From IMG/VR virus record IMGVR_UViG_3300000243_000001: a DNA stretch of 64,000 nt; one strand, given 5' to 3'. The stretch comes from an uncultured virus (IMG/VR IMGVR_UViG_3300000243_000001) (taxonomy: Duplodnaviria > Heunggongvirae > Uroviricota > Caudoviricetes). How positions within the stretch are numbered: position 1 is the stretch's first letter; every line of letters starts with the position of its first letter. Under the pieces are notes generated by a model. It saw nothing but the letters and a program-made list of their open reading frames with translations. It ran no database searches and was not told the origin of the DNA. The translations under genes and the position numbers were made by a program. Below are positions 10,673 to 17,906 of this stretch, piece after piece.

Positions 10673-11095
10673 CTAATCTCCTGCGATCTGTTTAAGTGCA
10701 CTAACAGTGTTTAACTTATTAAGTAATAAAATAGCTGAGTATAGATGTTTACATACAAACGGTTTTGTTTGTTTTTTCGGTAAACGTCTATCCTCAATAT
10801 CTCCATATAAGGCTTCGTATTTCCACAATAATGATGCACATTGAAATTTAAAGTTCGGACAAGTACAGTGAACCTTAACATTCGTTGTGGATGTTATGTT
10901 TTCTATCGTCCCTAACTCAATTGTCATGGTATATATATTACCAGACTTACTTGATCTTTGCCCGAATTTTGCCAAAGAAACAATTTTGTCGGTATCTATA
11001 TCACATGAACGAATATCGCTTTTGAACAATGGACGGACATCTCGATCCTTAAAATAGTACGGTTTTGGTAAAAAATAAGATAAGGTTAAGCTCAT
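10673..11095 (-). CDS. SWIM-type zinc-finger protein
   Basis: VKVHCTCPNF ... FVCKHL (CxC...CxH); GAGGA RBS upstream; first gene of the RNAP operon. Confidence 0.8.
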   Translation of the reverse strand: MSLTLSYFLPKPYYFKDRDVRPLFKSDIRSCDIDTDKIVSLAKFGQRSSKSGNIYTMTIELGTIENITSTTNVKVHCTCPNFKFQCASLLWKYEALYGDIEDRRLPKKQTKPFVCKHLYSAILLLNKLNTVSALKQIAGD

Positions 11096-11120
11096 TTCAT
11101 CCTCATTAGTAAAAAGAATG

Positions 11121-11165
11121 AATAAAAGGTGTTAAAGAAAAAATAAAGCATTAACACCTTTTATT
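11121..11165. repeat. perfect 15-bp inverted repeat in the leader of the RNAP operon
   Basis: AATAAAAGGTGTTAA (11121-11135), 15-nt spacer, TTAACACCTTTTATT (11151-11165). Confidence 0.85.
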
Positions 11166-11186
11166 TTTTGAGAGGGGTCAATAGAA

Positions 11187-11200
11187 TTTATATCTATATA
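11187..11200 (-). promoter_or_regulatory. putative phage promoter motif TATATAGATATAAA
   Basis: Same 14-mer occurs at 15226-15239 (+); oriented toward the RNAP operon. Confidence 0.45.
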
Positions 11201-11266
11201 TAGAAGATCAAAATAAAATGGAGTAAAAGATCTCAATCTAAATCATCTTTTTTTTATCATTTATTA

Positions 11267-11279
11267 CATACATATATAA
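11267..11279 (+). promoter_or_regulatory. putative phage promoter motif CATACATATATAA
   Basis: Same 13-mer occurs at 16027-16039 (+); 47 nt upstream of the 11327 ATG. Confidence 0.45.
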
Positions 11280-11326
11280 TAAATACTAGGGGATTTTCTT
11301 TTAACCAATCTATTAAGGATATATTT

Positions 11327-13015
11327 ATGCTACCTTGTCGTTACATTTTAATTAACCAACAGGTTTTTAAAGGCGTGTTAGAGTTGGATGTAATTCCACT
11401 CAATAACACATTACAATTGCATATTAGCATTCATCAATTTAAAGCGAATTTAACAGAAAGCATCATATCTTCATTTGATGTTAATTCAGCTAATCGAAAT
11501 TTCTTTTCCGCTTTAGCAATTGAGAAGATTGCAACTATTGCTCTGTCTTTAAATCAGTCTGAGGAGTTATTTCTATACATTCAAGGTATGTTGAGTAAAC
11601 TGACAATGAACGAACAATTACATGAGTTAAATCTGATGAATCAGATGACACTTTATTTATTGTACGATCAGTTATTTAAGATGAACAACTTTGTTCAGCA
11701 GTTTATAACGACTTATGAAATGTGTAAAATGCAACTTGCTCAGATTCAAAATCAAACTCAACAACAGACGTATCAATCTGATATTGCTACTACTGTTCAG
11801 AACGATGGAGTTCCAGTAGAACCAGTTGTTGAAGAACAAACAACGATCGAATTCGAAAATCCAGACAATTCGTCTGAGATTACTCTATTGAATGATTGTT
11901 TATTAATGAGTCCAACGATGTTAACTACGTATTATATAAGTAGACACGTCTTGTACATTCTTAATCAACCAAAGAAAGAGAAAATTCATTTTGAATTCAA
12001 CAAAGAAACTGTGGTAATTCATTTATCGCCTCTAGTACAACAAGAATTGATCGAAATGTCAGATGATCACTATACTGATTTAATCAATATAGCATCATCA
12101 TTCGACTATTCACCAGAAGAGTATATAACTAAATTAAGATTATTGGTTAGACATTTGTTATTTATCATAAATAACTATACTAAATCAAATAATGTATATT
12201 TTATTACTGTAAAAATAATAGAATTCTTGATCTTATTGTATACAATCAAGTTGTCTCCAGCAAGTTTCCTTGAAAAAGTGAAGCTTCATGACAATGATGT
12301 AACATTATTTAAGGACAATGTTGATTCTTTGGTAAATTATGCGTTAGACTTCATTTTGAAGCACCATATTGCTCAAGGACAAGTGTCTCACACATCAATT
12401 ACCTTCAAACATTACCCAAGAGTTGAGTATTTTGAAGATGATTTCGATGGAGCTGAGTTAAGACAACTGCTGTCTAAAGAATTGTATTTAATTGACGTAG
12501 ATAAAGAATTCTTTATCAACCAAGTTATAACGAAAGTTGATAAAGAAGCCGTTAATGATCACAATTTACGAGCAAAGGTTGTATTTAATAAGCCAATAAC
12601 CATCAATATTGCAACCAAATTAAGCACAGCGCCGTTAAATAATGCATCCTGGCTAGATTACCAAACAGTAATACCAGAACAGAAGCAATTTAGTAAACAT
12701 ACCATTATAACACCGGACTATTTGCAGTTACTGCAAGTAACGAATCTACCGAACATATCGAAAAACCTGTTGAAGGATTTACATCCCATACTGTCAAAGT
12801 ATGCTAATATCATAGTTAATCAGATATTTAAGGAATTATCGGTATGTGACACTAAGCATTCTATTTCAACTCTGTATTTATTGAATACACATGTACGTCC
12901 TTACCTACATGCGGACGCTACAATGAAGATTGAAATGTATATTTTGTATAGAATCGTTATTCCGCATCTACATGATGTTTATAATGCTAACTTGTTTATT
13001 GATTATTTTCATTAA
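11327..13015 (+). CDS. hypothetical protein (562 aa, largely helical, Q-rich linker)
   Basis: Long ORF with AAGGA RBS, divergent from the RNAP operon; no motif recognised. Confidence 0.8.
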   Translation: MLPCRYILINQQVFKGVLELDVIPLNNTLQLHISIHQFKANLTESIISSFDVNSANRNFFSALAIEKIATIALSLNQSEELFLYIQGMLSKLTMNEQLHELNLMNQMTLYLLYDQLFKMNNFVQQFITTYEMCKMQLAQIQNQTQQQTYQSDIATTVQNDGVPVEPVVEEQTTIEFENPDNSSEITLLNDCLLMSPTMLTTYYISRHVLYILNQPKKEKIHFEFNKETVVIHLSPLVQQELIEMSDDHYTDLINIASSFDYSPEEYITKLRLLVRHLLFIINNYTKSNNVYFITVKIIEFLILLYTIKLSPASFLEKVKLHDNDVTLFKDNVDSLVNYALDFILKHHIAQGQVSHTSITFKHYPRVEYFEDDFDGAELRQLLSKELYLIDVDKEFFINQVITKVDKEAVNDHNLRAKVVFNKPITINIATKLSTAPLNNASWLDYQTVIPEQKQFSKHTIITPDYLQLLQVTNLPNISKNLLKDLHPILSKYANIIVNQIFKELSVCDTKHSISTLYLLNTHVRPYLHADATMKIEMYILYRIVIPHLHDVYNANLFIDYFH

Positions 13016-13037
13016 TTTGGAGGGAAGTTAAATAAAT

Positions 13038-13370
13038 ATGGGTGACCCTACAAACCAAGACGTAATTGATGAAGTTGAACAACTGAGGGACGAAATTACC
13101 TCAGTTGTATCAAATATTGAGAATGTTGTAGATAGATTTGACACATTAGAAAACAATATGGCAAAATTATACGACAGAATTGATGAATTAAATGGTGATA
13201 TTAGTACGATTTCCATGAATAATGAGTCAATTTATAAAGAGTCTCAAGAAATCAACAAACGTTCAGAAGAATTGAACACAAACGTATTTTTGCTCGATGG
13301 AAATGTCAAAGATTTACTGAACGATGTTCGAAATTTACTCAAAACAGGTGGTGAAGATGACTCCGGATGA
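13038..13370 (+). CDS. coiled-coil hypothetical protein
   Basis: Heptad pattern throughout; GGAGGG RBS. Confidence 0.75.
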   Translation: MGDPTNQDVIDEVEQLRDEITSVVSNIENVVDRFDTLENNMAKLYDRIDELNGDISTISMNNESIYKESQEINKRSEELNTNVFLLDGNVKDLLNDVRNLLKTGGEDDSG

Positions 13371-13608
13371 CGTAAATCGAAGACTTGTAACATTATTTCA
13401 TTTAACGAGGGCACTGTATGCAACAACAGAATTAATATGGGATCACTTACAAGGTGATGTACCATATTCGATGAATACATATACGCATAAACACATCGAA
13501 ATGATCCAATATTTCAAACGATATGACAATAAGACTGATATTTTCAATAAATTACTTGAATTTCGTCTTGAACACAATATCGGATTATTTAAACCCGGGA
13601 GAGATTGA
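13357..13608 (+). CDS. hypothetical protein
   Basis: Likely start ATG 13357 (MTPDDVN) after AGGTGG; its TGA overlaps the next gene's ATG. Confidence 0.6.
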   Translation: MTPDDVNRRLVTLFHLTRALYATTELIWDHLQGDVPYSMNTYTHKHIEMIQYFKRYDNKTDIFNKLLEFRLEHNIGLFKPGRD

Positions 13609-14168
13609 TGTTTGAAACTGATACTGATATGATTAGAGCAGCGTATAACTTTGCGAGAGCAGTTCATGCAAAGAAACGCAGGAAATTCACAAAGGAACTG
13701 TATTTTGTACACCCAATATCGGTGGCAGCACTAGTTTCTAATGTAAATAAAGATGAAAGTGTCATTTGTGCAGCGATATTACACGATGTTATCGAAGATA
13801 GTTGGATTGAAACTCAAACAATCCGAACATTATTCAATAATCATGTTGCGAATCTAGTTGCTGAAGTAACAAATCGTGCTCGAGCATCAGATGGTAACCG
13901 AGAAGTTCAATTTAAACTGAATTTCGATCATTTGAAGAGTGCATCTTCTGAAGCACAAACGATAAAACTGGCAGATATTATAGATAATACTAAATCTGTC
14001 GCATTATTTGACCCTACATATGCTGAAATATACATGGCTGAGAAAAAACAAATGTTGGACATTTTAACTGAAGGTGATTCACATTTGTATGATATGGCAA
14101 ATATAATTATGGACAATTATTATCGATTCATGAGTAATGAATCTAAAGAAGGTGGTAAATTAATATGA
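13605..14168 (+). CDS. RelA/SpoT-type HD-domain hydrolase (small alarmone hydrolase / Mesh1-like)
   Basis: AYNFARAVHAKKRRK, YFVHPISVA, AAILHDVIEDS, VAEVT, IKLADIIDN; no synthetase domain. Confidence 0.88.
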   Translation: MMFETDTDMIRAAYNFARAVHAKKRRKFTKELYFVHPISVAALVSNVNKDESVICAAILHDVIEDSWIETQTIRTLFNNHVANLVAEVTNRARASDGNREVQFKLNFDHLKSASSEAQTIKLADIIDNTKSVALFDPTYAEIYMAEKKQMLDILTEGDSHLYDMANIIMDNYYRFMSNESKEGGKLI

Positions 14169-14380
14169 GTAAGCATGAAAATATTACAATTATGACCACA
14201 ACTGCTAGTGTTAAAGGTGGAAAAGACATAATGGAAGGCATTGTAGATGCAATTCGACTATGTTTAGACACTAAAACTAACGTTGTTCTTCGAGGTGGCG
14301 ATAGTAACGAAGTCACGATCAGTTATAATGAATTGATCGATCCAATTTATTCACAATTAGTACCCAGGGATGAAGACTAA
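14165..14380 (+). CDS. hypothetical protein
   Basis: 71-aa ORF translationally coupled on both sides; AAGGTGG RBS. Confidence 0.7.
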   Translation: MSKHENITIMTTTASVKGGKDIMEGIVDAIRLCLDTKTNVVLRGGDSNEVTISYNELIDPIYSQLVPRDED

Positions 14381-14724
14381 TGGGATTTGACGCAACGAAA
14401 GATAAAATATTGTGGCAATCTGAACCTTCATCTGAAGGATTTACAGTTAGAGTCATGAAGTATGGTGATAAAGGTAAACCTAAGATCGCATTTGTACGAT
14501 TGTACGAAGATTTTGAAGGTGAAACTAAAGAAAAGAATGGTGGAAGATTGTTTCTTGAAGATGTTGACTATTTTGGACTAGTATGGGCTGAAGCTCGTAA
14601 AGTTATGAAACAAATACTCACATCTGATCCATCATTTAAACCAGTTTATGCTGATGAAGTCGATATGGATGAAGAATATTCTAATCAAGGACGATCAGTA
14701 TACGATGATGAGGAGCAATCATGA
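14380..14724 (+). CDS. PC4/YdbC-like nucleic-acid-binding protein (tentative)
   Basis: Pattern FD..KD..L ... TVRVMKY ... PKIAFVR ... GGRLFLED plus acidic tail resembles small PC4-fold proteins. Confidence 0.45.
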   Translation: MGFDATKDKILWQSEPSSEGFTVRVMKYGDKGKPKIAFVRLYEDFEGETKEKNGGRLFLEDVDYFGLVWAEARKVMKQILTSDPSFKPVYADEVDMDEEYSNQGRSVYDDEEQS

Positions 14725-15212
14725 GTAGAATGACTGATGAAAACTGGGAAAAACTCGAAACTGCTAAAAAAGACAGTAAAGAGCGGTACGATCTGAAAAT
14801 TAAACAATTATTTGAAGAAAAGAAGACGATTGAGAAGGCAGATCTTCAATATCGTTACTTCAGAAACGACAGAAGAAATACCAGAAATAACCGTGCTCAC
14901 AGAGGTGTGATCTGTATAGGTTATAAAATCATAAGTGAATCTGAACAAGGAATTAAAGTCGCATTTTCAGTGGCATTTTGTTCACCGAAAGACGCATTTT
15001 CACGATACCATGCTAAGAAAGTATTGGCGAGACGGTATACAGATGGTCAGTGTGTTTCGATTCACATAGATTATGGTAGTAATAAATACATTACAAACTT
15101 CATTCGTGACATTTGGAACGGTGGTAAAGTTCCAATCGAAAAGCTAGGTATCAAGAATATACTTCCTGGTGTACCTATAATGCTTAAACCATGGATGAAG
15201 ATTATCCGCTAA
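14721..15212 (+). CDS. basic phage hypothetical protein
   Basis: 163 aa, GAGGAG RBS; motif AFCSPKDAFSR...KKVLARR is of a type seen in small phage proteins. Confidence 0.75.
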   Translation: MSRMTDENWEKLETAKKDSKERYDLKIKQLFEEKKTIEKADLQYRYFRNDRRNTRNNRAHRGVICIGYKIISESEQGIKVAFSVAFCSPKDAFSRYHAKKVLARRYTDGQCVSIHIDYGSNKYITNFIRDIWNGGKVPIEKLGIKNILPGVPIMLKPWMKIIR

Positions 15213-15225
15213 TTATCTAAGTTTT

Positions 15226-15239
15226 TATATAGATATAAA
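15226..15239 (+). promoter_or_regulatory. putative phage promoter motif TATATAGATATAAA
   Basis: Identical to 11200-11187 (-); directly precedes the hairpin/minigene unit. Confidence 0.45.
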
Positions 15240-15242
15240 CAA

Positions 15243-15441
15243 TAATGGAAGATATACTTCTTCCATTAATATTCCATAGTTGGGGAGGTGTCGATGTTTA
15301 TAATTGACATGTGGTAATAACTCAATGATGGGGTAGCGTTGTATATTAAATTATATTAAATTCAACGTGCTGTGTGATGCTTTGCCTCATTGGATGTGGA
15401 TGGTGGCGATAAGAGACTTTATCGTTCACCATTCATTTTTT
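15243..15441 (+). ncRNA. candidate ~200-nt small RNA carrying a 7-codon minigene (MFIIDMW, 15294-15317)
   Basis: 10-bp 5' hairpin (15243-52/15259-68), strong SD GGGGAGGTG (15282-90), long imperfect hairpin 15323-15392, terminator 15396-15441. Confidence 0.45.
15396..15441 (+). terminator. intrinsic terminator
   Basis: GTGGATGGTG-GCGATAA / TTATCGT-T-CACCATTCAT stem followed by a T run. Confidence 0.7.
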
Positions 15442-15525
15442 ATTCGACAGAGAAATGACACGTTCTCACTTAGATTACTATGAATGAAAAAATACATCTT
15501 AGTCTCAGTAAAATTCAGTACGAAA

Positions 15526-15553
15526 ATAGGTCCGAAAATAGGTTCGGACCTAT
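15526..15553. repeat. 11-bp perfect inverted repeat with overlapping direct repeat
   Basis: ATAGGTCCGAA (15526-36) / TTCGGACCTAT (15543-53); CGAAAATAGGT occurs at 15521 and 15533. Confidence 0.75.
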
Positions 15554-15581
15554 ATCAAAACTAAATTTTTTTTCAAAACCG

Positions 15582-15609
15582 TTGACAGAGATATTAATTA
15601 ATATATTAT
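15582..15609 (+). promoter_or_regulatory. possible sigma70-type promoter
   Basis: TTGACA (15582-87), 16-nt spacer, TATTAT (15604-09); AT-rich background lowers specificity. Confidence 0.35.
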
Positions 15610-16026
15610 TGTAGTCTAAAGTAACGAGAGTAGTGTATACTTTTAGTAAATTCTTTGAGAAAAGTCTTTTAGTTTCTCTATTAAATAGTTCTCTCTGTTA
15701 TGTTTTCTAAAGTCTATTAAATTGAAGTCAAATGTAAAAAGTAACATGTGTAACATATTGAATAGTATATGAGAATAGAAAGAGTTAAGAGTGTTTCCAT
15801 GAATTTCATTGAAGTTAATGGTATTCATCTTCAGATTATCTTGAGCTCAGCTTAGAGTCACTGTAGTGATAGGGTTAAGTTGAGTATCGTATTCTGTTAA
15901 GTGGGGAATTTGCTTCCAAATAACAACGTTAAACCATTAAAAAATGATAGGTTAATTAAATCATTCTTTAATAAGAGCCACAGCCACATCCTTTTTACAA
16001 CTTCTTTTTTAAAAGACATTCAGTTT

Positions 16027-16039
16027 CATACATATATAA
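16027..16039 (+). promoter_or_regulatory. putative phage promoter motif CATACATATATAA
   Basis: Identical to 11267-11279; ends 5 nt before the first paired segment of the candidate ncRNA. Confidence 0.45.
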
Positions 16040-16043
16040 ATCT

Positions 16044-16886
16044 AATGATGGTGGATTAATAAAAGTTATATGAACATACTTTGAACCTATTATTATGAAC
16101 GAATTGTTACGGTAATTCAAGTAAGAAAGTCTGAAACATTGATCGATTATATTGAACTTATATATATTATAATGACCGCCGTGCTACGCACACAGAGACT
16201 TATGGTATATTGAGGGTTAACTGATTAATACTCGGTCGGAGATGGTACTTACCGTGCTTCGTAAAGATATCAAAGGGTTATCCCGAATGAAAAGTTATCT
16301 TCCGAGTGAGACATTAGTATGTTACTGTATTTTCACATGATGATTATTAATGAAGCCGTATTATTCTAGGAATGGTATTATTTGTAAAACTATTTGTGTT
16401 TAAGTTACACGATTCAATATGAATGAAACAGCAACAGCTGGATTAAGATGCCGTCGATGACGGGTTATTGAAGAGTTAATGGTATATACATTTAGTTTCT
16501 GATGTACATTAATAGGTGCCAGATATGTGCAATAATAATATTCCAATTGTGATATAATACGTCTGTTGAGTAAGTGATGACGTTAATGAGACTGTTTGGC
16601 GTTCTTGTCAATCAGGATAAGTTTTCATTGAGACACTTTATCCTCTCGCACTTACATTATTCTAAGTTATTATATATGCGCGGAACTAAGTCGGGTCTAT
16701 TGGGTACTATACATATGCACTCCATCTATTACGTATTGAAGTTGATACAATATTATTCGTGGTCTAGGATGATTGGTGGTAAAAATTGATCTAAAGATTT
16801 GAGATTCCGGTTTCGATCTTTAGACTTTTTTACCGCCACATTGGTACTTTTATTTTTTTTGTTCTAAATCTAGGACAGCCATCATT
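16044..16886 (+). ncRNA. candidate large structured non-coding RNA (~840 nt), family unassigned
   Basis: No credible ORF; terminal helices 16044-52/16878-86 and 16058-66/16846-54; more than a dozen internal helices with G-U pairs favouring the + strand; putative pseudoknots. Confidence 0.6.
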
Positions 16887-16978
16887 TAACAAAAGTCAAA
16901 AATAAATAGATATGAATAATTATAAAACAATGTTGGTGGAGAGTATTTTTTAACGATTAAGACATAGGAGGGTTATCA

Positions 16979-17527
16979 TTGAAACAGTTAGTATCCGATA
17001 TCAAGTTTTTTTTAAATGACAATCTAGATACACACAGCGCACCAGAAACGAGTTTGATTCATCGTAGCATAATTAATAACCCTGCTGCACATAATTCTGG
17101 TAACATTGGGTTGCATTCGGACAACTTCAAAAGCTATGATCTAGGCGCATTTAATTATGTATTTATTGTCGCAGATAAACGATTTTCGATTGTAATTGAT
17201 GAGAAGTTAGCATTATATACATCTCAATTCAGTTACATTAATCCACGAGCTTTGTTAACTGCGAAGATATTTCCATACACACCTGGTGAAACTAAGGTTA
17301 AGTTTCTATATGGTGTATTTCAAACTGGAGATGTTGAAGATGGGTCGACTTCACCTGAAGATTGTGGTAAGGATATGGATTTCGATGCTCAAATCGATTC
17401 ATTGATCTACGATACAAACCCTTGTGGAAATCCTTTAACTTCATCTATTGTTGAAGAGTTATCTGGATTGTGTGAATTAGATTTCACATGGGATGAAGCT
17501 CTACAGAAACTAATTTTAGAAGAATAA
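16979..17527 (+). CDS. hypothetical protein, probably virion-associated (paralogue of next gene)
   Basis: TTG start after AGGAGG; shares NY.FI.A...F.IVI...SYIN...LYG pattern with 17538-17894. Confidence 0.75.
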   Translation: MKQLVSDIKFFLNDNLDTHSAPETSLIHRSIINNPAAHNSGNIGLHSDNFKSYDLGAFNYVFIVADKRFSIVIDEKLALYTSQFSYINPRALLTAKIFPYTPGETKVKFLYGVFQTGDVEDGSTSPEDCGKDMDFDAQIDSLIYDTNPCGNPLTSSIVEELSGLCELDFTWDEALQKLILEE

Positions 17528-17537
17528 GAGGATACCG

Positions 17538-17894
17538 ATGAGACAATTATCTCACGATGTTCGTATTGTTTATATTGATAATACTGATGATACTGTACAA
17601 AACTGCTACAATCATCAATTTCAAGTAGATAATCCGAATACTTACAGTTCACACAGTCTCAATTTAGTGGGACCACAAGTTGACCGATATAATGACCTGA
17701 ATTATATCTACATTTCAGCACAACATCCAATTCGTGTAGTCATCAATGGAACGAATGAATTGATTGTTGAGCACCTATCTTATATTAATACCAAAGCGAC
17801 ATTTGATGTATTTTTAGAGAACGTTGATACTGGAATCTTAGAGAATAACATTCAGGTGTTGTATGGTCGAGTTGAAATTCAACCGACAGCCTAA
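17538..17894 (+). CDS. hypothetical protein, probably virion-associated
   Basis: GAGGA RBS; NYIYISAQHPIRVVIN...LSYIN...VLYG, paralogous to the preceding gene. Confidence 0.75.
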   Translation: MRQLSHDVRIVYIDNTDDTVQNCYNHQFQVDNPNTYSSHSLNLVGPQVDRYNDLNYIYISAQHPIRVVINGTNELIVEHLSYINTKATFDVFLENVDTGILENNIQVLYGRVEIQPTA

Positions 17895-17906
17895 TTGAGG
17901 TCAAAC

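Noticed and set aside
15643..15828. 61-aa minus-strand ORF
   Set aside because: No RBS; composition typical of a random AT-rich frame.
16068..16100. Repeated TGAAC / GAACATA as a late-promoter motif (also near 216, 3320, 47195, 59324)
   Set aside because: Too short and inconsistent in orientation relative to downstream genes to support from this window.
16350..16380. Group II intron domain 5 (AAGCCGTAT...)
   Set aside because: No complementary ACGG-type 3' strand, no domain 6, no RT gene.
16121..16700. RNase P RNA (AAGAAAGTCTGAAAC and ACTAAGTCGGGTCTAT resemble CR-I and CR-V)
   Set aside because: The implied P4 helix pairs poorly (one mismatch, three wobbles) and other conserved regions were not found.
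16574..16789. 71-aa + strand ORF
   Set aside because: GTG start without SD, no motif, and it overlaps a densely paired part of the candidate RNA.
15213..16978. tRNA, tmRNA or CRISPR array
   Set aside because: No cloverleaf with T-loop and CCA end, no tmRNA termini, no regularly spaced repeats with unique spacers.
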